Part shown: positions 7,577-15,332 of the stretch, piece after piece
Numbering within the stretch: position 1 is the first letter of the stretch
Layout of the letters: the number at the start of each line of letters is the position of its first letter
From: Acidimicrobiia bacterium
GTDB taxonomy: Bacteria; Actinomycetota; Acidimicrobiia; Spongiisociales; Spongiisociaceae
Length of the DNA: 22,506 nucleotides
Assembly: GCA_041576165.1 (NCBI GenBank)
Contig: JBFGLM010000065.1
Span: 1 to 22,506, forward strand
Direction: 5' to 3'
The notes under the pieces: generated by a model
What the model was told of the DNA's origin: nothing
The model's database searches: none
Seen by the model: the letters and a program-made list of their open reading frames with translations, nothing else
Made by a program: the position numbers and the translations under genes

Positions 7577-8998
7577 CTAGCTACGGACGGCGAGGTGGTT
7601 GATCTCGGCTGGGCTGAGGGCCCGGTCAAAGACGTAGGCTTCGTCGATGAGCCCATCGAAAAAAGCGAACCGATTACCGGACACGTTCGCTTCGGCGGAG
7701 CCGATGTTGACCGGTGTGGCCGTGTCCGGGATCGCGGTGAAGATGTTGACCCCGTGGGCCGTTTCGACGCCGTTGATGTAGAGGCGCACATCGGTTCCGT
7801 CCCAGGTTCCCGCCACGTGGGTCCATGTGCCGGTGGGGACGGTGGTGGTTGCCGGTTCGTACTCTTCCCAGTTGTACACGAACCGCAGCACGCCGCCCTT
7901 GATGTCCAGACCCCACGCCACACCGGAGCCGGCACCGGCCGGGGCGAAGGGGCCACCGGAGGCGTACTTGGTGACGATTTCATACGGTCCGGCGGATACG
8001 GCATCGGGTCGGACCCATGCCGCGATCGTGATGGCGGAGAAGCCGTCCAGGTTGCCGGCACCGTCCGGGTCTGGGACGGAACCGTGATCGTCTACCCCAT
8101 CCAAACGCAGAGCCGCCACATTGCCGTCCACCGGTGCAATGGAGGCGGTTTCAAACGACGGCCCGACAAGGTTGGCCGGGTGCCCGTCTGCCCCATCGGC
8201 GGTGGGCGTGGCCTGGTCGTCAAAACACCAATAGGCCACCGCATCCCAGGTCGTGTAACAGCCCGCCACTGTGACGGTCGCCGACGCCTCCTGGCCGGTC
8301 TCGCGGATCAGCGCCGTGTTGACATATGTGCCCGACGCGGTGTACGACCGCCCGTAGTCGACTGCGCCGGTGTCGCTGAACACGAACGTGTCCGCCCCAT
8401 CATCGACATGGACGGTACCGTTCACAACCACGCTTGGGGACTCGGGCAAGACGAAGCCGGCTTCGCCGCTCGCCGCGCCATTCCTCCCCTTGGTGGCCTC
8501 CACCCCGACGGTCACCGCAGCCGTGTACACCGCGTCGGCCACCGGCGCGAACACGACCGAATACGGAAAGCAGTGGCTGGCCCCAGCGGGAAGGGTCGGC
8601 ATGCCTGTCGTGTCCACCGCAGCCACAGCCGCCGTGAAGGTCTTTCCCTTCCCGCCGATCCGATAGGTGACCGCTGCTGTGACATCCAACCGCCCAGATT
8701 CTCCCGCGGCAGGGTTGGTCACACACACCTCCCCGCCTGCAGAGACCTCATCAGACGGCGCGTTCTTGGTGACCGCCACGGTGTAGTCCGCCAACGCCGC
8801 CGTCCCACCCGACAGGGGAAGGTGATCGGACGCAGCGGTTTTGGCGATTGACCAGCTGAACGACTGCGACCAGTGGCCCGTCGCGGACACGGTCACATCC
8901 AACGTCGAACCCGGCTTGGGCGGTTTCGCCCCGGCCCCCGTCGCCACCAACGAAGCAGAGATCCCTAAGACGGTGGCGACGATCAACGCTCTGCGCAT
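7577..8998 (-). CDS. Secreted protein with a C-terminal LamG-like jellyroll (Laminin_G_3) domain
   Basis: RBS GAAAGGA then ATG at 8998; signal peptide ending AGA; AYW.FD, LDGVDD, TIAAWV, WTHVAGTWDG...RLYING, FFDGLIDE...FDRALS..EI. Confidence 0.88.
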   Translation of the reverse strand: MRRALIVATVLGISASLVATGAGAKPPKPGSTLDVTVSATGHWSQSFSWSIAKTAASDHLPLSGGTAALADYTVAVTKNAPSDEVSAGGEVCVTNPAAGESGRLDVTAAVTYRIGGKGKTFTAAVAAVDTTGMPTLPAGASHCFPYSVVFAPVADAVYTAAVTVGVEATKGRNGAASGEAGFVLPESPSVVVNGTVHVDDGADTFVFSDTGAVDYGRSYTASGTYVNTALIRETGQEASATVTVAGCYTTWDAVAYWCFDDQATPTADGADGHPANLVGPSFETASIAPVDGNVAALRLDGVDDHGSVPDPDGAGNLDGFSAITIAAWVRPDAVSAGPYEIVTKYASGGPFAPAGAGSGVAWGLDIKGGVLRFVYNWEEYEPATTTVPTGTWTHVAGTWDGTDVRLYINGVETAHGVNIFTAIPDTATPVNIGSAEANVSGNRFAFFDGLIDEAYVFDRALSPAEINHLAVRS

Positions 8999-9088
8999 GA
9001 CCCTGGTCCTTTCCCCACCCCGGACAGTCAACCTATCCGAGTCGGAGGTCATTGTGCAGACCTCGAAGAAGCACAGCACGGCCGGACC

Positions 9089-9117
9089 TACCCCATGGAT
9101 GCCCGATACCCCATGGA
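9089..9117 (+). repeat. TACCCCATGGA direct repeat x2 in a divergent promoter region
   Basis: Copies at 9089-9099 and 9107-9117, period 18 bp. Confidence 0.8.
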
Positions 9118-9147
9118 CCACACCGGCACCCAGGTAACCTTGCGGGC

Positions 9148-9441
9148 ATGTCCAGACGTTGCACCGCCACGAACCGGCAAGGCAAACCCTGCCGCCGATA
9201 CGCCGTGCCCGGCACCTGGGTGTGCCACATGCACGGCGGCGCCGCCCCACAGGTAGTCGCCGCAGCCCAACGACGCCTGCTCGCAGCGGCAGATCCTGCT
9301 GCTGCCACGCTCGTGGACCTGTTGGACGCCCATGATCAGGGGATCCGGCTGCGAGCCAGCCGGGAAATACTCGACCGGGCCGGACTGGCACCGCACGCAC
9401 GAGTCGACCTTGCTGACGCAGGGGCGTTGATGCCCGTCTAG
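9148..9441 (+). CDS. Phage-type HGG-motif protein (HGGxSTG-related, small-terminase-like); TAG at 9439 is probably premature (extends to 9507)
   Basis: MSRRCTATNRQGKPCRRYAVPGTWVCHMHGG gives a C-x9-C-x10-C-x2-H motif. A TAACCT -10-like box 7 nt before the ATG suggests a leaderless start. Confidence 0.7.
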   Translation: MSRRCTATNRQGKPCRRYAVPGTWVCHMHGGAAPQVVAAAQRRLLAAADPAAATLVDLLDAHDQGIRLRASREILDRAGLAPHARVDLADAGALMPV

Positions 9442-9889
9442 CAGCTGGCCGAGGGGCTGGACCTGTTGGTCGAGCGGGCCGAACGCGAGCTCGCCGCATC
9501 GACCTGACCCAGCCGTAGGACTTGTGACCTGGGACACTCGTCGACGCGGGGTTCCACAGCGGCACGCCACGTCGTACAGTTTGCAGCAGATGTTGGGTAA
9601 CGGCCACTTGGCCTCCGGACGGTGGCCTCTTTCACATTCTCGGTGGCCGGCCCGACATCTCACCACGTGATCAAACAGCCCGGTCGGTTCGACCTCGGCG
9701 TTGCGGTTGCTCCAGCCGAGCTGTGCGTGCGGTTTCACACTGGACATCGGTGGCCTGAGCGCGAAGACTCGAGCCACATCGCTTCCCCGACAGTCCGCAG
9801 CGAGTCCGCGCGATGCCGCGAAACGGTGCCGGATGGCGCGACCGAACGCACGTTCTAAACCCCAGGTCAGGGTCCCCTTCTGAGCGTTT

Positions 9890-9971
9890 GGCCAGGTCAC
9901 CGAATCGGCCCGCAGCGGACTTAAAATCCGCTGTCCGTGAGGGCATGTGGGTTCGAATCCCACCCCGGGCA
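9890..9971 (+). tRNA. tRNA-Leu(TAA), 3' part intact (9911-9971), 5' part degenerate: probable pseudo-tRNA / att-site remnant
   Basis: Anticodon arm GCGGA-CTTAAAA-TCCGC; long variable arm GTCC-GTGA-GGGC; T arm GTGGG-TTCGAAT-CCCAC; 3' acceptor strand CCCGGGC-A. The 5' strand GGCCAGG has two mismatches and there is no proper D arm. Confidence 0.8.
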
Positions 9972-10145
9972 CTAGGTCGTTCGCTCCGCCGACTCAGGGA
10001 CATTTCCCGGATTGCGACGAGAACTGTTCCCGACGCATCCCGACAGCCTCACGCGGTGGTGCCGATCGCCTGGCAAATTCCGATCCGTTGTCTCTGGCGC
10101 GCTGTGTATCACCGGTGAGCCCAGAAAACGCTGTGCAGTGAGCCG

Positions 10146-10769
10146 TCAGTGTCCGTGGCCCGGGTCGTCTCCGGCACCCGGCCAGTCCTCGCAACTGGCG
10201 AATATGTTGGCGTGCGTTGTGTAATCGATACCCGGGGTGACCAGGAACTCACCGTGATGGTTGAACACGAAGGTGTCGACTGCGGTGAGCTTGAGCACAT
10301 ACCCGGGATACGACCGACCGCGAATCAAGCCATCGTGATGGAGCGAGACCCCGAGCCAGTGGAAATGTGTGAATCCGCGTTCCCTCGGCATGTCCGCCGG
10401 ATCGATGGCCCAGGCCGGATGCTCAGCCATTCGGTGGCCACAATACGTCGCCATCATGGCGCGCCCCTTGACGTTCCATCCGACGGTGCATCCCTCGGGT
10501 CTGGTTGTGCAATCCCCGTGTTTGGCGATCACTACTCCATCTGCGTTTGTTTCATCCCCGGGCGTGATGTACAGAAAACCGGTGAGCCCGGACTTCCCGG
10601 TCAGCCGAGACTGCTGATGGGTGTCAATGTGGTTGCCGAACTCGAAATCGAACGGCGCTTCATGATCGCGCCACTCATACGTTGCTCCGGCAGTCCCTGT
10701 TGCCGCCAACATCGCAAGGATCGTCGTGATCACCAGAGTCGTTTTCCCGATCGTCATCAGCACATTCAT
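10146..10769 (-). CDS. Secreted His-rich hypothetical protein (possible metal binding)
   Basis: Signal peptide ending TAGA; 15 His and 4 Cys in the mature part (GNHIDTHQ, THFHW, HH pairs, C-terminal GHGH); start at ATG 10769 or the next Met. Confidence 0.75.
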   Translation of the reverse strand: MNVLMTIGKTTLVITTILAMLAATGTAGATYEWRDHEAPFDFEFGNHIDTHQQSRLTGKSGLTGFLYITPGDETNADGVVIAKHGDCTTRPEGCTVGWNVKGRAMMATYCGHRMAEHPAWAIDPADMPRERGFTHFHWLGVSLHHDGLIRGRSYPGYVLKLTAVDTFVFNHHGEFLVTPGIDYTTHANIFASCEDWPGAGDDPGHGH

Positions 10770-10949
10770 CCCGCAATTGTCTGGGTAGCAGCGACTGGTC
10801 ACTAGGGCCGGACGACTCTGCACCAGGCAACGCCTCGCCATCGGATGTAACGCGCAGAGAGCGGTGGAGAGGCCGGCGAGGGTGTCGAAACGCAGCAGGC
10901 GCGATGATTCGGTCGGGGGAGCGGGTCGGCGGGAGAAGAAGGTGCCGGG

Positions 10950-11147
10950 CTACGCGGCGTTGGGCGCCGCGGACGGGAAAGAGACCAAGGCGTGCATGCC
11001 GCCCACCTTCAGCCAGTGGTCGGCGTAGTCGGCGTGGGGTCCGTCGCCGCCCAGCAGTTCGTCGATCAGCACCGCCGTGGTAGCAGTGTCGGGCAGGCGA
11101 ACCCGGGCGCGGAGCGGCTGAGGTTGGTTTGGCGACTGGGCGATCAT
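10950..11147 (-). CDS. Small hypothetical protein (~65 aa), divergent from the response regulator
   Basis: GC3-rich codons, protein-like composition, fills the intergenic gap; start uncertain (ATG 11147 chosen). Confidence 0.5.
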   Translation of the reverse strand: MIAQSPNQPQPLRARVRLPDTATTAVLIDELLGGDGPHADYADHWLKVGGMHALVSFPSAAPNAA

Positions 11148-11293
11148 CTCTGGTGTCCCTAGCGTTCTCTTCAGGTATCGGCCGAGGACCACCGGGCCCT
11201 GAGCGGGAACTTTCGAGTAGCGGCCGTTTATACCTGCTTAACGGAGACGAGCGGTACGGTGGGTCGGGGAGAGGCGAAACTCGAGGCAGCTCC

Positions 11294-11974
11294 GTGCGAA
11301 TCTTGGTTGTGGAAGACGAAGTCGAATTGGCGGAAGCGCTGCAGACCGGCCTGCAACGAGAGGGCTACGCCGTGGACCTGGCGTTCGACGGCGAAGAGGC
11401 ATTGGAGAAGGTGGCCTACACCGCCTACGACCTCATCTGCCTCGACTTGAACCTGCCCGGCATCGATGGCCGGGAGGTGTGTCGCCGGGTGCGCGACGGC
11501 GAGCGGATGATCGCCGAAGAGGAACCGCGCATCCTGATGCTGACGGCTCGCGACGCTCTCGACGAGCGGGTGGCCGGTCTCGACGAAGGGGCCGACGACT
11601 ATCTCGTGAAGCCGTTCGCGTTCGCCGAGCTCAGCGCCCGGATCCGGGCGCTGATGCGACGGGACGCCGGAAGAGGCGGGGCCGTCATCCGGGTCGGGGC
11701 TCTGAGGCTCGATGCCGCCCGCCACGAGGCATTCCGTCACGACATCCCGCTCGATCTCACCGTCAAGGAGTTCGCGCTGCTGCGCTATCTGATGCTGCAC
11801 GCCGGCCAAGTGATCACATCCGAGCGACTGCTGGAACATGTGTGGGATGAGCACGCCGATCCGTTCACAAACACGGTGCGGGTCACGATCAGCAACCTGC
11901 GTCGCAAGCTGGGCGAAGATCAGCCGATCGAAACGGTGGTTGGTCGCGGCTACCGGCTGTCGGAGGCCGGATGA
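11294..11974 (+). CDS. OmpR/PhoB-family response regulator, CutR-like
   Basis: GTG start, then RILVVEDE, phosphoacceptor in LDLNLP, MLTARD, GADDYLVKPF; winged helix WDEHADPFTNTVRVTISNLRRKLG as in Streptomyces CutR-type regulators. Confidence 0.95.
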   Translation: MRILVVEDEVELAEALQTGLQREGYAVDLAFDGEEALEKVAYTAYDLICLDLNLPGIDGREVCRRVRDGERMIAEEEPRILMLTARDALDERVAGLDEGADDYLVKPFAFAELSARIRALMRRDAGRGGAVIRVGALRLDAARHEAFRHDIPLDLTVKEFALLRYLMLHAGQVITSERLLEHVWDEHADPFTNTVRVTISNLRRKLGEDQPIETVVGRGYRLSEAG

Positions 11975-13215
11975 TGCCCGGCTGGGTGCGCTCCGTCCGC
12001 TTCCGACTCGCGATCGTGTACTCGGCGATCGTGTTCGGGCTGGCGGCGCTGCTCGTTGCTGGGGTCTACATGGGTTTCTCCCGGCTGATCGAGGATCAGC
12101 GCGTCTCGCGTGATGTGATCATCTCTGAGTTCCACCGGCTCGGGCCGATCTTGGCGATCGAACAGCGAGCCTTCACCCAAACATTTGACACGGTGGAAAC
12201 CATCGTGAGCCAGCGGGCGCTCGACAAGCTGCGCGATGTATCGATTGTCGGCCTGATCGGACTCTTCCCGGTTTCGGTGCTGATCGGCTGGCTGGTGGCC
12301 GGCCGGGTGCTCCAGCCGATCGGGCGGATCACCGCCGTCGCGCGCGAGATCCAGGCCACCGACCTGTCGCGGCGGATCCAGCTGCGAGGGCCCGATGACG
12401 AACTCAAGAGGCTGGCCGACACCTTCGATGAGATGCTGACGCGTCTCGAGGCGAACGCCGAGCAGCAGCGGGCGTTCGTACACGACACGTCGCATGAACT
12501 GCGCAATCCGCTGGCGGTAATGGCCGCCAACCTCGACGTGGTCATGGCCGACGAGTCCGCCAGCCTCGAGGACTATCGCGAGATGTCCGGTGTCGTGCGA
12601 CGCTCGATCGATCGCATCACGACCACGGTGGAGGACCTCCTCACGTACGCCCGCCGCGGGGTTCGGTCCGGCCGGACCGATGTCGTGGAGCTGGGAAAGC
12701 TGGTCGACGACGTCGCCGGTGAGTTCGCCGGTCCCGCCGGTGAGCGCCAAATCAGCATCACGACGTCTGGCGCCGAGATGCCGGTGATCCAGGCGGACGA
12801 GGGCGCCCTGCGGCGCGCCCTCCAGAACCTCGTCGGCAACGCGGTGCGGCTGGCGCCGATGGCGTCAACGATTCGAATCGGTGCAGGTGCCCGGGACGGT
12901 TGGGTGTGGATGGGGGTCTGCGACGAGGGACCCGGCATACCTGAGGACCACCAGCCGCTGGTGTGGCAACGATACTGGCGGGGCGATGGACCGGGCCGGC
13001 GAGACCCAACTCGGTCCGGGCTCGGCTTGGCCATCGTCCGGCAGGTCGCCGAATCTCATGGCGGCGCCGTCCAGCTGCACTCGAGCGTTGGAGAGGGCTC
13101 CACTTTTCTGGTCTGGATCCCCCAGGACCGGCCTCCGCCCGGTCCGCCCCCGATCGAGACGCCAGACCCGATGGGCCCACGGGCGGACGGCCGCTGGCCG
13201 GACCATGGCAGCTGA
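11971..13215 (+). CDS. HAMP-domain sensor histidine kinase, CutS-like
   Basis: ATGA overlap with the regulator; two TM helices; HAMP (GPDDELKRLADTFDEML); H-box SHELRNPL; N-box NLVGNA; DEGPGI; SGLGLAIV. Confidence 0.95.
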   Translation: MMPGWVRSVRFRLAIVYSAIVFGLAALLVAGVYMGFSRLIEDQRVSRDVIISEFHRLGPILAIEQRAFTQTFDTVETIVSQRALDKLRDVSIVGLIGLFPVSVLIGWLVAGRVLQPIGRITAVAREIQATDLSRRIQLRGPDDELKRLADTFDEMLTRLEANAEQQRAFVHDTSHELRNPLAVMAANLDVVMADESASLEDYREMSGVVRRSIDRITTTVEDLLTYARRGVRSGRTDVVELGKLVDDVAGEFAGPAGERQISITTSGAEMPVIQADEGALRRALQNLVGNAVRLAPMASTIRIGAGARDGWVWMGVCDEGPGIPEDHQPLVWQRYWRGDGPGRRDPTRSGLGLAIVRQVAESHGGAVQLHSSVGEGSTFLVWIPQDRPPPGPPPIETPDPMGPRADGRWPDHGS

Positions 13216-13259
13216 GCGCCGGCAAACGACCGAATGGTCGGTGATTGCGGCGGCCACTT

Positions 13260-13291
13260 TTACATCCGTTTTAGCGGGTGGCTCGTAGCGT
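13260..13291 (+). promoter_or_regulatory. Putative OmpR-type direct repeat plus -10 box upstream of the 13325 gene
   Basis: TTACA-N6-TTAGC (11-bp period) followed by TAGCGT (TANNNT) at 13286-13291. Confidence 0.35.
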
Positions 13292-13324
13292 TCGGGGAAA
13301 CACATCTCGACGAGGGCAGTAGGG

Positions 13325-14152
13325 ATGACCAAACAACCGTGGCACGACCTACCCGACACGCCGCCGACACGTGCTCATATTTCTTCTGAGGCCGCCACCG
13401 CGGTCCTCGAACCCCACGCCGCCGACCTCGACCCGCCACCAGCTCCCCCTCCCCGTCGTGACTCCCCCTGGTGGCGGGTCGGCGGCGCCCTCGTGCTCAC
13501 CGCCTTGCTCGGGGCGGCGGCCTGGGTCATATCTGATCGGTCCGGTGCGGAAGCAACCGCCGCCGGCGATGCGCCGCCAACTACATCCGCATCGACCTTC
13601 CCACCGTCCGGTGGAAGCACCGGCCCGGACGAGCTCCAGCCCGGTGCTCCCGACGGGCGCTTCGACTTCTTCTTCGGCGATGGCACGCTCCCGCCCGAGA
13701 TCGAGCAGTTCCTGGAGGAAAACGGTTTCGGCCCGGGTGACTTTCCTCGCCGCGAGCTCCCGCCGGAGTTCGAGCAATTCTTCGGGGAGAACGGCTTCGA
13801 GTTCTTCCGCAACGGCGAACTGCCACCGGAGCTGCGGCGATTCCTCGAAGAGAACCGCTTCGGACCCGAGTTCTTCCGGGAGCGAGGGTTCTTCAACCCC
13901 GAGGATTTCTTCGGAGGGGATCGTGGCCCATTCGGCAAAGGTTTCTCGTTCTCGTTCGAAGGTGAGCTACCCGAACCGATGCAGCAGCTGATCGAGATGC
14001 TGCCCGGGTTGGTCTTGGCTCCCGATGAGGCCGAGCTGGCGGCGGCGGAGGAGCTGATCAACGAGCTGCTGGCCGACCCACAGACACCGGACGAAATCCG
14101 TCGCTTCGCAGAGAGTCTGGCCGACCGGCTGGGCGTCACGGTCGCGGGCTGA
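13325..14152 (+). CDS. Single-pass membrane protein with acidic, Phe-rich LPPE(I/F/L)xxF(L/F)xEN(G/R)F repeats
   Basis: Pro-rich N-terminus, TM helix (WWRVGGALVLTALLGAAAWVI), three clear repeats starting at 13688, 13757 and 13820, and a degenerate fourth near 13961. Confidence 0.8.
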   Translation: MTKQPWHDLPDTPPTRAHISSEAATAVLEPHAADLDPPPAPPPRRDSPWWRVGGALVLTALLGAAAWVISDRSGAEATAAGDAPPTTSASTFPPSGGSTGPDELQPGAPDGRFDFFFGDGTLPPEIEQFLEENGFGPGDFPRRELPPEFEQFFGENGFEFFRNGELPPELRRFLEENRFGPEFFRERGFFNPEDFFGGDRGPFGKGFSFSFEGELPEPMQQLIEMLPGLVLAPDEAELAAAEELINELLADPQTPDEIRRFAESLADRLGVTVAG

Positions 14153-14195
14153 CCGGATCTGAGCTGCGTGATGGACGCTACTCCCAGGAGACACC

Positions 14196-15332
14196 ATGAC
14201 CCCGTCCGAACGTATTGAGCACGCGCTGTTTGAAGTCCGGCGCGTGATCGTTGGCCAGGAGCGGCTCCTCGAACGCGTGATGGTGTGCATACTGGCCCGG
14301 GGCCACGCTTTGCTGGAAGGCGTGCCCGGCATCGGCAAGACGCTAACGGTCCGGACCCTGGCCGACGTCCTCGGGGGCACCTTTTCCCGAATCCAGTTCA
14401 CTCCCGATCTGATCCCGGCCGACATCGTTGGGACCCGGATGTACCGGCCCTCCACGGAGAGCTTCGACATCGAGGTTGGACCAATACTGGCCAACTTCGT
14501 CCTGGCCGATGAGATAAACCGGGCCCCCGCCAAGGTGCAATCGGCGCTGCTAGAGGCGATGGGCGAGCGGCAGGTCACGATCGGCGAACGTACGTTTGCA
14601 GCTCCGGATCCCTTCCTGGTGCTCGCCACCCAGAACCCGATCGAGAGCGAGGGCGTCTACCGCCTGCCAGAGGCGCAGCGGGACCGGTTCCTCATGCGGA
14701 TCCCCGTCGACTATCCGACCGATGTCGAAGAGCGGGCGATTGTCGCGCGTATGCACATCGATTCGCCGAAGGTGGCGAAACTGTTCGATCCGGAGGATGT
14801 CGTCGCCCTGCAGGCGCTCGCCGACACTGTGTTTGTGGATGAGAAGGTGACCGATTATGCGGTCCGGCTGGTGTTGGCAACCCGCCGGCCCGGAGAGCAT
14901 GGGCTGGAGGATCTTGCCGGCATGGTCGCCTATGGGGCGAGCCCTCGGGCCAGCATCGGGCTGATCCGGGCCGGCCGGGCCCTCGCGCTCGTACGTGGCC
15001 GGGAGTATGTGATCCCCCAGGACGTCTACGACGTTGCCTACGACGTGCTCAACCACCGCCTGGTGCTGTCCTACGAGGCCCTGGCCGACGGAGTCACGGT
15101 GGACGACATTCTCGTGCGAGTGCTCTCCCATGTCTGGGCCCCGCGTACCACCTCGATCGAGCGCCCTGGTGGCCACCGGCAACTGACCCCTGCGCCAGAA
15201 GAGCCGCCCGTGACGGATGGCTCGCAGGACTCGGCTGCGGCGGCGAGGCCGGCGGTCGACACCCACTCGTCGCAGCCCGAGGGTTCGGGTGATGACGCAG
15301 CAGGACCGGAGCCAGATGAGGTTCCGGCATGA
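14196..15332 (+). CDS. moxR: MoxR-family AAA+ ATPase
   Basis: RBS AGGAG; Walker A EGVPGIGKT; RIQFTPDL; Walker B LADEINRAPAKVQSALLEAM; ATQNPIESEG.Y.LPEAQRDRF; GASPRAS. Confidence 0.96.
   Translation: MTPSERIEHALFEVRRVIVGQERLLERVMVCILARGHALLEGVPGIGKTLTVRTLADVLGGTFSRIQFTPDLIPADIVGTRMYRPSTESFDIEVGPILANFVLADEINRAPAKVQSALLEAMGERQVTIGERTFAAPDPFLVLATQNPIESEGVYRLPEAQRDRFLMRIPVDYPTDVEERAIVARMHIDSPKVAKLFDPEDVVALQALADTVFVDEKVTDYAVRLVLATRRPGEHGLEDLAGMVAYGASPRASIGLIRAGRALALVRGREYVIPQDVYDVAYDVLNHRLVLSYEALADGVTVDDILVRVLSHVWAPRTTSIERPGGHRQLTPAPEEPPVTDGSQDSAAAARPAVDTHSSQPEGSGDDAAGPEPDEVPA

Noticed and set aside
7595-8851. Long antisense ORFs over real genes (also 18136-19338, 17287-18114, 11950-12750, 1711-2484)
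   Set aside because: Expected in high-GC DNA with few stop codons; no recognisable motifs.
8999-9607. Long N-terminal extension of the 676-aa LamG ORF and the 294-aa ORF 9088-9972
   Set aside because: Antisense shadows of the HGG gene and the tRNA (MPGVGFEPT is the reverse complement of a T arm). The RBS and signal peptide point to ATG 8998.
9508-9860. Possible integrase remnant next to the tRNA fragment
   Set aside because: No tyrosine or serine recombinase motifs found in the frames examined.
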